The notes under the pieces were generated by a model that saw only the letters and a program-made list of their open reading frames with translations, ran no database searches and had not been told where the DNA came from. A program made the position numbers and the translations under genes. Of a stretch of 64,000 nucleotides of DNA, positions 19,443 to 28,920 are shown piece after piece; position 1 is the stretch's first letter, and every line of letters begins with the position of its first letter. Source of the stretch: an uncultured Desulfohalobiaceae bacterium (GTDB lineage: Bacteria; Desulfobacterota; Desulfovibrionia; Desulfovibrionales; Desulfothermaceae); assembly GCA_964427155.1 (NCBI GenBank), contig CAYRSC010000018.1, positions 12,819 through 76,818 of the forward strand. Reading direction: 5' to 3'.

Positions 19443-21959
19443 ATGCACCTGGTGCAAGACCTTAAGATAAGGACAAAGCTCATAATATTTTGTCTCATTA
19501 TCTCTCTTGTTCCCATAGTTATAGTGGCGTGGGAGAGTGAGAAGATATCCTCACGCTTTCTCATCCAGAAGGCCTTTGACCACCTGGTATCGGTAAGGGA
19601 CATAAAAAAATCCCAACTGGAGAGGCTCTTTTTTCATTTTAAAGAAGAACTGGACATACTGGAGGACACCATCCACTTCTTTGTGGACGAGAGCTATGAG
19701 CCCCTGCACAGGGCAGGGATTGTGCAGGAGTCCAAAGAGGAGTTTTTGAGTAATATAAAGACCATGGATGGAGAAAACTTTTTTTTACACTACATCCAAA
19801 AAAAAGGATATAAGGACCTATTTCTCATCTCTCCCAATGGGAGATGCTTTTTCTCTGCCACCCATGGACCTGTTATGAATACCAATTTACTTACAGGCAG
19901 ATATTCATCCACTAATCTGGGAAGGCTTATTAAAGAGGTTATCCAGACAAAGAGACTGGGATTTGCAGACTTTGCCCCCTACCCTCCAGACCACAACAAA
20001 CCTGCGGCCTTTATTGCCATGCCCCATGTGCACCATGGAAAGGTGGAACTCATTGTGGCCCTGAGACTATCCATCCAGAGAATAAACAGGATAATGCTGG
20101 AGAGGCAGGGCATGGGTGAAACTGGAGAGACATATCTCATTGGTCCAGACAAGAGGATGCGTTCTGATTCATATCTGGATAGAGAAGGACACTCTGTACT
20201 TGCCTCCTTTGCGGGGAGTGTAGAGAAAAATGGGGTTGATACCAAGGCAGTGAGACTGGCCCTTGAGGGAAAGACAGGAAAGGCCATCTTGAGAGACTAC
20301 AATGGAAATATGGTGTTGTGTGCCTATACCCCTATCAGGATATACGGCTCCACCACCTGGGCCCTTATCTCGCAGATAAACAGGTCAGAGGTATATAAGC
20401 CAATTCAGGCACTTATAAAACAGATTGTGGTAATTTCCGCTGTGGTGGCGCTGGTGATAATAGCCCTTACCTGGTTGATAAGTACCCTCCTGGCCCGTCC
20501 CATTCAAAAGGGTACGGCCTTTGCCCTGGAGGTGGCAAAGGGCAATATGGAGAGGGAGCTCACCATTACCCAAAAGGACGAAATTGGCCAGATGTGTCTC
20601 TCCCTCGTCTCCATTCGGGACACCCTTATGGGGATCATATCCAGTATCAGGGAGACAGCGGAGAAGGTAAAACAGGGAAGGCTTCGCGAAAGGATACCCC
20701 TGAAGGGCTTTTCCGGGGAGTTTGCCTCCCTTGTGGAGGATATAAATGAGCTATTGGATCTCCTCACCTCCTACATGGATAACATGCCTGTGCCCATTAT
20801 GTCTGTGGACAGGGATTTCAACATCCTGTTTATGAATAGAACAGGGACCTCTATTGGGGGAGAGAACTGTGTTGGTAAAAAGTGTTATGAGGTAATGAGG
20901 AACTCTGACTGCAACACAGATAGGTGTGCTGGAAGAAAGGCCCTTCTAAGTGGTAGAGAAGAAAGTTCCCAGACAGATGCCCATCCCTCAGGAAGGGATA
21001 TGGAGATAGAATACCATGCGATTCCCTTAAGGGACCGGAAGAAGGAAGTTGTGGGTTTTTATGAGATCATTATTGACCAGACAGAGATAAAGAAAATATT
21101 AAAGAATATGCAGGTTATGGCAGGAGAGGCAAATGAGATCTCAGAGAGGCTCTCCTCTGCCGCACACGAACTATCTGCCCAGGTGGAGCAGGTATCTCAA
21201 GGCTCAGAAGAGGAAAAGATGAGGATTGGGGAAGTGGCCACAGCCATGGAGGAGATGAACGCCACAGTGCTTGAGGTGGCCAAAAATGCCACCCAGGCAG
21301 CGGATAGTGCCGCAAGGACCAGGGAAGAGGCAGAAAATGGGGCCATGGTGGTGGAAAAGGCAATAGAGGCCATAAATCGCGTCAACAGTCTCACAGAGAT
21401 ATTGAAAGAAAATATGCATTCCCTGGGCAAAAGGGCAGAGGCCATTGGAGAGGTAATGAATGTGATCTCAGATATTGCAGACCAGACCAACCTGCTTGCC
21501 CTAAATGCCGCTATTGAGGCGGCAAGGGCGGGGGAGGCAGGAAGGGGCTTTGCTGTGGTGGCAGATGAGGTGAGAAAACTTGCAGAAAAGACCATGGGGG
21601 CCACCAAAGAGGTGGGAGAGGCAATCCATTCTATCCAGACCTCTGCTAGGCAAAACATCCAGAGCATGGAAGAGGCTGGAAAGGTAGTGGAAGAGGCCAC
21701 TAATCTGGCAGGAGAATCAGGAGAGGCCCTGAGGAGAATAGTGGAGTTTGCTGTGGACAATGCAAACCAGATCCAGAGCATCGCCACTGCGGCAGAGGAG
21801 CAATCTGCCACCAGTGAAGAGATAATGAGGAGTATAGAAGACGTAAACAGGATAGTGGCAGAGACCACAGATGCCATGGCCCAGTCTTCAGCCGCTGTGC
21901 AGGAACTGGCCCATATGGCAAGCAAACTTACTGAACTCATAAGAAAATTGGAACAATAG
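19443..21959 (+). CDS. Methyl-accepting chemotaxis protein (Cache-like periplasmic domain, HAMP, Cys-rich PAS, MA signalling domain)
   Basis: Two TM segments flank a roughly 300-aa sensor domain. Highly conserved MA hairpin ([38 protein letters not shown]). ATG at 19443 sits 8 nt after GGAGG; the track start at 19437 is TTG. Confidence 0.9.
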   Translation: MHLVQDLKIRTKLIIFCLIISLVPIVIVAWESEKISSRFLIQKAFDHLVSVRDIKKSQLERLFFHFKEELDILEDTIHFFVDESYEPLHRAGIVQESKEEFLSNIKTMDGENFFLHYIQKKGYKDLFLISPNGRCFFSATHGPVMNTNLLTGRYSSTNLGRLIKEVIQTKRLGFADFAPYPPDHNKPAAFIAMPHVHHGKVELIVALRLSIQRINRIMLERQGMGETGETYLIGPDKRMRSDSYLDREGHSVLASFAGSVEKNGVDTKAVRLALEGKTGKAILRDYNGNMVLCAYTPIRIYGSTTWALISQINRSEVYKPIQALIKQIVVISAVVALVIIALTWLISTLLARPIQKGTAFALEVAKGNMERELTITQKDEIGQMCLSLVSIRDTLMGIISSIRETAEKVKQGRLRERIPLKGFSGEFASLVEDINELLDLLTSYMDNMPVPIMSVDRDFNILFMNRTGTSIGGENCVGKKCYEVMRNSDCNTDRCAGRKALLSGREESSQTDAHPSGRDMEIEYHAIPLRDRKKEVVGFYEIIIDQTEIKKILKNMQVMAGEANEISERLSSAAHELSAQVEQVSQGSEEEKMRIGEVATAMEEMNATVLEVAKNATQAADSAARTREEAENGAMVVEKAIEAINRVNSLTEILKENMHSLGKRAEAIGEVMNVISDIADQTNLLALNAAIEAARAGEAGRGFAVVADEVRKLAEKTMGATKEVGEAIHSIQTSARQNIQSMEEAGKVVEEATNLAGESGEALRRIVEFAVDNANQIQSIATAAEEQSATSEEIMRSIEDVNRIVAETTDAMAQSSAAVQELAHMASKLTELIRKLEQ

Positions 21960-21981
21960 AGGTAATATCCCTAAAACAAGA

Positions 21982-22030
21982 GGGTCTCCTTCCTTACAGG
22001 AGGAGGGAGACCCTTTTATTTTTCTGTTTT
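21982..22030 (+). terminator. Rho-independent terminator after the chemoreceptor gene
   Basis: GGGTCTCCTTCC / GGAGGGAGACCC stem followed by TTTTATTTTT. Confidence 0.65.
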
Positions 22031-22236
22031 TTTATTTTTTTGTTGACTTTTAAAAAAATGCAATATATCAAAGATAAAACTTTTTAGAAAAAAGTAACAC
22101 TGGCCATAAGCCCATGGCACTCTTTACATAAGGACCTGAATTCGTAAGGCATAAAACAAAACCCTATAAAAGAAATCCTCCCTTATGGCGAATTCAGGTC
22201 CCCTTCCAATCCCAGTGAGAAAATATCCCTCAGGGT

Positions 22237-22266
22237 TTGACATCAGGGGAAAATACCATATAGAAT
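22237..22266 (+). promoter_or_regulatory. Candidate sigma-70 promoter
   Basis: TTGACA (22237-22242), 18-nt spacer, TAGAAT (22261-22266), about 38 nt upstream of the ATG at 22304. Confidence 0.35.
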
Positions 22267-22303
22267 CCTTCCCTCACAGGAGAGGGAGGCCCTTTTTATT
22301 GAG

Positions 22304-24130
22304 ATGAATCCATCCACGGTCTTTGTTCAACTTCCAGTCTTGTCTCATGATTTCCTCTATAATCTGGAGCACGTGCCTTTGGGAAGTGGTTGTGTTCTCT
22401 CTTATGTTGCAAAGAAGCTCCCTTATATAAATGCCATAAGGCTTGAGCAGGAAATAGAGGCCGTGGGGTGTGACGCCCTCATCCTGGAGGAGATACTCGC
22501 CTCAAACCCTGCCAGGGTATGTTTTAGCGTGTATCTGTGGAATATAGAGAGAAGTCTTGAACTTTCCAAGAGGATAAAACAGAGGGAAAAAGAGATAGAA
22601 ATAGTAGTGGGGGGACCGGAGGTGAGCAGGGATAATGGATTTCTCCTGGCCCACTCCCACATATTTGATGCCGCCATTCAGGGAGAGGGAGAAGAGGCCC
22701 TTGTGCAATATCTCCTTTCCCCTGAGGAAAAAGGAATAATTCCCCGTAAAGAGGTCCCCTTACCTCTGGAGGAGATCCCTTCCCCTTATCTTAACCACGT
22801 GATAGGTCCCTCCATAAGGGGAAGGCTCCTACTGGAGAGTGTGAGGGGGTGTCCCAATCATTGTCTGTACTGCTATTATCACAAAAATTTTTCCTCTATT
22901 CGCACCCTGCCCTCAAATCTGGTAAGACGAGAGATAGAATGGGCTCTTGGTGAAGGGGTAAAGGAGGTTACCTTTGTGGACCCCTCTTTTCTCAAGCGTC
23001 CCCGGATAAAGGAATTTCTCCGGGAGATAGGCTCTGTACTCAAGGGGAGTAATGTTTCCCTTACTTGTGAATTGAATGCAGAGGATGTGGATAAGGAGAC
23101 TGCAGATATGCTTGTATTATGCAACACCTCCCAGGTGGAGATAGGTCTCCAGAGCATAAATCCAGCAGCCCTAAAGGCAGTCTCCAGAAGATTTGACAAA
23201 GAGGCATTCATACAGGGAGTGAGGCTCTTGAGGGAGGTGGGCATAGAGGTGATGATAGACCTTATTGTGGGGCTACCTGGAGATAGTAAAGAGGATGTAA
23301 TGAGGTCCATTGACTTTCTGGTGGAGCAAAGGCTCTTTGACGAGCTTGGAATATACCCATTAAGTGTCCTCCCTGGGACCTCTCTAAAAGATATGGCCCC
23401 ATCTCTCGGGATACTCCACCAGGACCTTCCCCCTTATCTCGTCCTTGGGACCCCTTCTCTGGGAAGGGAAGAGATAAGAGATTGTATGCAATATGCAGAA
23501 GAGGCTACAGATATTGACCTATATCCTGTGGAATTTCCCCTATTTCCTGGAAGAGATATAAGGGAAGGGACCCTTATATATGAGCTAATACCTACACAGG
23601 GAAAAGAAGGGACCAGTGTCTCAAAGATACTATGCAGGCTCTTATCCTCTATTATTATCACCATCAAGGAAGAGTGGCTCTTAAGACACAGCTCACATCT
23701 GTTGACTCTAATGGACCACCTTCTAGGGGAAAATCCCCATCTACTCATAGATGTGATAATTGATGCGGATATTGTACGTGGTCCTGAAGAGGTTCAAGCA
23801 ACATGTAGAAAGCTCCTCTCCCTCTCCCTGAAGGAGAGGCAATACATGGATAGGGACCCTTACTCCACCACCAATCTTCTCCGTTCCCTTCAGTTCTTTG
23901 TATTCATGCAGAGAGGGGAGTCTATGTGTCTTATGAACCTACCAGTGGATTGGATAAAAACAGGGGCACGGTCTCAGTTCTGGTTTAAGATCAGAGGGGA
24001 AGAAGAGGACTTCTTCCTGGAAAAAGGGGCAAGCCTGGTGGGAGAGCCCCTTCTGGCATTTAATGTGGTGGATGCCCCCCTCTCAGAGGATATTCCCATA
24101 TCCATGGGTGCAGTAAAGGTAAGGATATAA
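22304..24130 (+). CDS. B12-binding-domain radical SAM protein with about 250-aa uncharacterised C-terminal extension
   Basis: ESVRGCPNHCLYCYY (CxxxCxxC). N-terminal Rossmann-like B12-binding-type region (IEIVVGGPEV). Confidence 0.75.
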   Translation: MNPSTVFVQLPVLSHDFLYNLEHVPLGSGCVLSYVAKKLPYINAIRLEQEIEAVGCDALILEEILASNPARVCFSVYLWNIERSLELSKRIKQREKEIEIVVGGPEVSRDNGFLLAHSHIFDAAIQGEGEEALVQYLLSPEEKGIIPRKEVPLPLEEIPSPYLNHVIGPSIRGRLLLESVRGCPNHCLYCYYHKNFSSIRTLPSNLVRREIEWALGEGVKEVTFVDPSFLKRPRIKEFLREIGSVLKGSNVSLTCELNAEDVDKETADMLVLCNTSQVEIGLQSINPAALKAVSRRFDKEAFIQGVRLLREVGIEVMIDLIVGLPGDSKEDVMRSIDFLVEQRLFDELGIYPLSVLPGTSLKDMAPSLGILHQDLPPYLVLGTPSLGREEIRDCMQYAEEATDIDLYPVEFPLFPGRDIREGTLIYELIPTQGKEGTSVSKILCRLLSSIIITIKEEWLLRHSSHLLTLMDHLLGENPHLLIDVIIDADIVRGPEEVQATCRKLLSLSLKERQYMDRDPYSTTNLLRSLQFFVFMQRGESMCLMNLPVDWIKTGARSQFWFKIRGEEEDFFLEKGASLVGEPLLAFNVVDAPLSEDIPISMGAVKVRI

Positions 24131-24193
24131 GTTTATACCCAGGTTTTTTGAGGACTTCTGAGGATAAAAAACAAACACTTGCGGAGGTGAAGG

Positions 24194-25045
24194 ATGTATT
24201 CAGAAGAATATCTCCAGAGGGAATTACAGAGTTCTTCTCAATATGTATTGGATGAGGAATTGGCAAAAATAGTACGTATCTCCATGGCCCTGGAGATGCC
24301 TCTGCTACTAAAAGGAGAACCAGGCACAGGCAAGACCATGCTGGCCCATGCCATTGCAGAGGCCCTGGGGATGCCTCTTATAGTGCTCAATGTAAAGTCT
24401 TCCATGAAACTCATTGATGCACTCTACCAGTATGATACCCTTACACGCTTAAATGATAGCAGATTCGGGGACTCTAAAAGGGATGTAAGCAGGATAGAAG
24501 ACTACATTAGAATGGGGAAGATTGGTCAGGCCTTTACCTCAGAAAAAAAAGTGGTACTTTTGATAGACGAGATAGACAAGGCAGATTCAGACTTTCAAGA
24601 CGATATGCTGGATGTGCTGGACCAGATGGAGTTTGACATCATTGAGATAGACAAGACCATCAGGGCAAAACACCGCCCGGTGATTATCATTACATCCAAT
24701 GCAAAAAAGGACCTATCAGAGCCCTTTCTGGGCAGATGTAACTTTCACCATATAGCATTTCCCTCTCCAGAGATGATGAGACGCATCATCCAGGTGCACT
24801 TTCCCCATATAGGTGAAAAACTCATGGAAAATGCCATCAGGTGCTTTTATAAGATGAGAGAATTGCCGGGAATAGAAAAAAAACCCGCAACCAGAGAACT
24901 CCTGAACTGGATAAGGGCCCTGCTCACTGATCCCGACTTTAATCCCAAGACCCTCAAAAAGGAGGTACCCTATCTTGGAGTGCTATTTAAAAAGAGCAGG
25001 GACATGGAGATAGCCAGAAATTCCATATCCAGAATAAGGGCATAA
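24194..25045 (+). CDS. MoxR/CoxD-like AAA+ ATPase
   Basis: Walker A LLLKGEPGTGKTML and Walker B VLLIDEIDKAD. 283 aa. Confidence 0.85.
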   Translation: MYSEEYLQRELQSSSQYVLDEELAKIVRISMALEMPLLLKGEPGTGKTMLAHAIAEALGMPLIVLNVKSSMKLIDALYQYDTLTRLNDSRFGDSKRDVSRIEDYIRMGKIGQAFTSEKKVVLLIDEIDKADSDFQDDMLDVLDQMEFDIIEIDKTIRAKHRPVIIITSNAKKDLSEPFLGRCNFHHIAFPSPEMMRRIIQVHFPHIGEKLMENAIRCFYKMRELPGIEKKPATRELLNWIRALLTDPDFNPKTLKKEVPYLGVLFKKSRDMEIARNSISRIRA

Positions 25046-25048
25046 GAC

Positions 25049-26251
25049 ATGTTTGTGGATTTCTTCTACATGTTAAAAGAGGCAGGGATTCCAGTGAGCC
25101 CCACGGCCTTTTTGAGACTCCACAGGGCACTCTCCCTGGGACTCATAAACTCCCTCTTTGACTTCTATTGTGCGGCTCGCTCCATCCTCATAAAATCTGA
25201 ACGCTACTTTGACCTATATGACAGGATATTCTCTGTATACTTTCACGGTAAAAAAATTGACCAGAATCCCCCAATTATGCTATCAAGGCATATAAGAGAC
25301 ATGCTCAACCACTGGCTCAATAGGCACCCCAGGGAACTGGCCTCTCTCCTGGGGGTCTCAGAGGAAAGGCTATCCACACTCACCCCTGAGGAATTAGAGA
25401 AATACTTCCTGGACAGACTAAAGGAGCAAACTGAAGAACACCACGGGGGAAACAAATGGATAGGCACAGGGGGCACCTCTCCTGTGGGACACTCTGGATA
25501 CCACCCTGGGGGTATGAGGGTGGGGGGAGAAAGCAGAAATCAATCAGCTATAAAGGTCGCAATGGAGAGGAGATATCGCGACTACAGCAGGGAAGGCCCC
25601 CTCACCACATCCCAGATAGGGGAGGCCCTACGGCGCCTAAAGAATCTAAAGGCGGTGGGACCAAAGGACAGACTCAATATAGAAAAGACCATCAGGGAGA
25701 CCGTAAAAAACGCAGGGGAGATAGAGATAGTATTTGAGCGCTCCCTCAAAGACAGGCTCAAGGTAGTGCTTGCAATAGATAATGGCGGCTGGTCCATGGA
25801 GCCCTATGTGGAGATAGTAAAGGTCCTGTTTGACTATGCAAGGAGCCAGTTTAAGGACCTAAAGGTCTTTTACTTTCATAATACCATCTATGACTATCTC
25901 TGGGAGGACCCTCCCCGCATCTCCAGACCCTTCAAGGTATGGGACCTCATAAAGCTGGACAGAGAGACCAGGTTTATCATCGTGGGAGACGCCTCCATGG
26001 CCCCGTATGAGCTCCTGGTCCCAGATGGTTCCATATACTTTGGAGAGCGCTCAGGAAGGCCCAGTATAGAGACCCTGAAATTTATTGCCCAGACATTTCC
26101 CTATAGCGCATGGCTGAATCCCAAAATGAAACACACATGGAAACACACAAGGACCATCATGCTAATAAAAGAGATATTCCCCATGTTTGAACTGAGCCTT
26201 CCAGGACTGGAAGAGATGGTAAGATATTTGTCATCAAAACAATCTACTTAA
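25049..26251 (+). CDS. VWA-domain (CoxE-like) partner protein of the MoxR ATPase
   Basis: Starts 3 nt after the ATPase stop. C-terminal VWA-like region (VVLAIDNGGWSM...IIVGDASM). The MIDAS DxSxS motif appears degenerate. Confidence 0.6.
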   Translation: MFVDFFYMLKEAGIPVSPTAFLRLHRALSLGLINSLFDFYCAARSILIKSERYFDLYDRIFSVYFHGKKIDQNPPIMLSRHIRDMLNHWLNRHPRELASLLGVSEERLSTLTPEELEKYFLDRLKEQTEEHHGGNKWIGTGGTSPVGHSGYHPGGMRVGGESRNQSAIKVAMERRYRDYSREGPLTTSQIGEALRRLKNLKAVGPKDRLNIEKTIRETVKNAGEIEIVFERSLKDRLKVVLAIDNGGWSMEPYVEIVKVLFDYARSQFKDLKVFYFHNTIYDYLWEDPPRISRPFKVWDLIKLDRETRFIIVGDASMAPYELLVPDGSIYFGERSGRPSIETLKFIAQTFPYSAWLNPKMKHTWKHTRTIMLIKEIFPMFELSLPGLEEMVRYLSSKQST

Positions 26252-26272
26252 ATACCCCAAAGGAAGGCCCCT

Positions 26273-27451
26273 ATGGCCAACATGACAACAAGAGGAGAAG
26301 ACCCCTATAAAAAAAATAGGGTCTTGTTGTATTTCAAAGATAGATCCCTGGAAAAGGAATTCCGGGAATCCTATCTGGAACACACCATGGAGAACACAAA
26401 GAGGGCCCTATTGGTGGGTTTTATACTCTATCTCTCCTCTGCCTTCCTGGATTTTCCCTTCTATCACACCATAAGGCCCATTACCATGATAGTTATCTAT
26501 TTTATCATCACCCCCATGGGCATAGTGGTGGCTTTTCTTGCCCGACATCCTTTTTTTAAAAGGATAATGGTTCCCACTATAAGTATTGCATCTGGAGCCG
26601 CAGGCCTGGGGATAATTATTATGATGGGACTGGCGCGTCCCCCTATCAACTACTTTACACATACCAGTCTCATACTCATAATCCTATCCATCTATAGCGT
26701 AATACGCATATTCTTTGTATATGCAACCTTTACATCTATCCTTCTTATAGTAATATACGAGATAGTAGCACTGTGGATAAATCCACTTCCCTTTCCCATC
26801 CTTATGGCAAGCAACTTTTCCCTTATCTCTGCCTTTATATTAAGTATGTTGGGAGGATATATAATAGAGGCCTATGCTAGACAAAATTTTGTACAATTAA
26901 AGATAATCCAGAATGACATGATAGAACTCCATCACCTTAACAAAGAACTAGAGAGACTTGCCACTATAGACCCCCTTACAAAACTATATAACAGAAGATT
27001 TATGGAAACAAAGATGGAAGAGGCCATTGCTCTCTTCAAAAGAAAAGGGATACCCATCTCCTTCCTCTTCCTGGATCTGGACAACTTCAAGGCAATAAAT
27101 GATCTCTATGGTCATAGATTTGGAGATGGAGTACTCCAGAATGTAGCCAGGATAATAAGAAAGTCCCTTAGGAGAGAGGATATTGCATTTAGATATGGTG
27201 GAGATGAATTCTGCATCCTATTTGTAAATGCCCTCTCCCAGGAGGCCCTTAAGGTAGGGAGGAGATTGCTGAAAAAGATAGAAAGATTTGCTAAAAACAA
27301 TGACCTAAATTTTGGAATAAGTGGTGGGTGCATACAGCTTACAAAAGACCTCTGCTCTCCTGACGACATAATAAAAGAGGCAGATAAGGTCCTCTATCAG
27401 GCAAAGCGTCTAGGTAAGGGAAAGATACTAAATATTGAAGAGGTACAATAA
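26273..27451 (+). CDS. Membrane-bound diguanylate cyclase (GGDEF) with multi-TM N-terminal sensor region
   Basis: RYGGDEFCILF active site with an RxxD I-site (RRED) 5 residues upstream. About six hydrophobic helices in the N-terminal half. Confidence 0.85.
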   Translation: MANMTTRGEDPYKKNRVLLYFKDRSLEKEFRESYLEHTMENTKRALLVGFILYLSSAFLDFPFYHTIRPITMIVIYFIITPMGIVVAFLARHPFFKRIMVPTISIASGAAGLGIIIMMGLARPPINYFTHTSLILIILSIYSVIRIFFVYATFTSILLIVIYEIVALWINPLPFPILMASNFSLISAFILSMLGGYIIEAYARQNFVQLKIIQNDMIELHHLNKELERLATIDPLTKLYNRRFMETKMEEAIALFKRKGIPISFLFLDLDNFKAINDLYGHRFGDGVLQNVARIIRKSLRREDIAFRYGGDEFCILFVNALSQEALKVGRRLLKKIERFAKNNDLNFGISGGCIQLTKDLCSPDDIIKEADKVLYQAKRLGKGKILNIEEVQ

Positions 27452-27475
27452 AAAAGGGGGCATTTAAGCCCCCTT
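27451..27475 (-). terminator. Hairpin terminator, strong in the minus direction
   Basis: GGGGGC / GCCCCC stem (27456-27461 and 27468-27473), followed on the minus strand by TTTTTTATT. Confidence 0.5.
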
Positions 27476-27495
27476 CCAAGACACTCCAAGGTCCC

Positions 27496-27672
27496 CTATC
27501 CCTTCAGTTTCTCCTTCAAGACCTCCAGGATGGACCTAAATACCACCAGTCCCACGCCTGAGCCAATCACAAGTAATACTGTATATAGCACTCCAAAAAA
27601 TATGGCGTGGTCTGGTCTCCACCAGGGCAGGTCCTGGGGAAGCATTGAATGAATGGTCTCGCCAGGTAACAT
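27496..27672 (-). CDS. Small (58 aa) predicted membrane protein, below the ORF-track cutoff
   Basis: Hand translation: MLPGETIHSMLPQDLPWWRPDHAIFFGVLYTVLLVIGSGVGLVVFRSILEVLKEKLKG. One hydrophobic helix. Starts 11 nt downstream of the hup stop and is followed by a terminator. Confidence 0.4.
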   Translation of the reverse strand: MLPGETIHSMLPQDLPWWRPDHAIFFGVLYTVLLVIGSGVGLVVFRSILEVLKEKLKG

Positions 27673-27683
27673 CTTTCACTCCT

Positions 27684-27956
27684 TTACTTTACTGCCTCTT
27701 TTAAGACCTTTCCTGGCTTGAACTTTACCACCTTGGTGGCGGGAATTACAATCTCCTCCCCTGTCTGGGGATTACGTCCCTTTCTCTCCTTTCTCTCCAC
27801 CACCTCAAAGGTGCCAAATCCAGTAAGGGTCAATTTCTGATCGCTCTGCAGGATCTCCTTGATGGACTCAAGACAGGCATTAACTACCTTCTCTGCCTCG
27901 GTTTTTGTGATATCCGCCTTTTCCGCAATCTTTGCTATGAGATGAGCCTTGGTCAT
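27684..27956 (-). CDS. hup: Histone-like DNA-binding protein HU
   Basis: MTKAHLIAKIAEK...GFGTFEVVERKERKGRNPQTGEEIVIPATKVVKFKPGK. Confidence 0.9.
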   Translation of the reverse strand: MTKAHLIAKIAEKADITKTEAEKVVNACLESIKEILQSDQKLTLTGFGTFEVVERKERKGRNPQTGEEIVIPATKVVKFKPGKVLKEAVK

Positions 27957-28125
27957 TATACCTTCCTCCTTTATAAAATTATACTTCTCCTACACGCCTT
28001 TAACCCACCAAGTTAAAGCTAAGGCCATCTAAAAGATTATAGCCCAAAAGTCAAAGCTCTCCTTACTTTCAATAAAAATACCCCTAATATCAAAAGAAAG
28101 CCTCTGTCAAGCCATTTGCTAAAAA

Positions 28126-28920
28126 TCATAGGAGAGCACTTAGCCCTATATAGTGAGCAGGAGTAAGTTCGCAGGGCCTCATTCTCCTATCCAATCCCTG
28201 GGTTTTAAAGAATCCCTCTATATCAGAAGACCACACTCTTTTCAATATATTTCCTAGCTGCTTGCGAGGGGCCCGGAAACAGAACTTGAGCACACCGGCA
28301 AGCCTTTTCTTTTCCTCCTCCCCCAGTGCTTCCCCTATGCCACCGGGGATAAGAGAGATCACCGCAGAATAGACCTTGGGGCGAGGATGAAATGCCCCGG
28401 GGGGAATAAGAAATTCCATCCTGGGGGTGCAAAAGGTCTGGACCCAGACCCCTAGAGGGCCATAATTTCTATCCCCTGGAGATGCACATATCCTCTCTGC
28501 TACCTCCTTTTGGACTGTAAATACCATCTTTTCATATCCCATGGAAACACAGGAGAGATCCCATATAAGACGTGAGGCAATATTATAGGGAAGATTTCCA
28601 ATAATCTTATTAATTGGAGAAGAACCTATCTTCTCCCACGCAAGGCTAAGGGCGTCCATAACCACCACAGAGGAGATCTCCAGCCTCTCTCTCACATATC
28701 TCGCCAGGTCCATATCCCTCTCCACCCCCACATAATTACACCCACACTCCAGTAATATCTCTGTAAGGGCCCCCATTCCAGGGCCTATCTCCAGGATACT
28801 ATCTCTTCCAGATGGATTTAAAAGAGAGACTATACGCCTGCAGAGGTGGGGCTGGATCAAAAAATTCTGTCCCCACTTCTTCCTGGGCCTATGACTATTC
28901 CAGGACATCAAAACGCTCAA
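28126..28920 (-). CDS. rsmA: 16S rRNA (adenine1518/1519-N6)-dimethyltransferase
   Basis: KKWGQNFLIQPHL, ILEIGPGMGALT, GNLPYNI. Confidence 0.9.
   Translation of the reverse strand: MSVLMSWNSHRPRKKWGQNFLIQPHLCRRIVSLLNPSGRDSILEIGPGMGALTEILLECGCNYVGVERDMDLARYVRERLEISSVVVMDALSLAWEKIGSSPINKIIGNLPYNIASRLIWDLSCVSMGYEKMVFTVQKEVAERICASPGDRNYGPLGVWVQTFCTPRMEFLIPPGAFHPRPKVYSAVISLIPGGIGEALGEEEKKRLAGVLKFCFRAPRKQLGNILKRVWSSDIEGFFKTQGLDRRMRPCELTPAHYIGLSALL

Noticed and set aside
21197-21940. 247-aa antisense ORF inside the chemoreceptor signalling domain.
   Set aside because: It is Ala/Ser-rich and low-complexity, a mirror of the highly conserved MA-domain coding strand. Long antisense ORFs are typical there. 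It has no RBS or motif.
22035-22303. Specific assignment of the structured leader as a cobalamin or SAM riboswitch, which is tempting because a B12-type radical SAM gene follows.
   Set aside because: I could not find a B12-box-like core or SAM-I/II conserved strings. I kept it only as an unclassified structured element.
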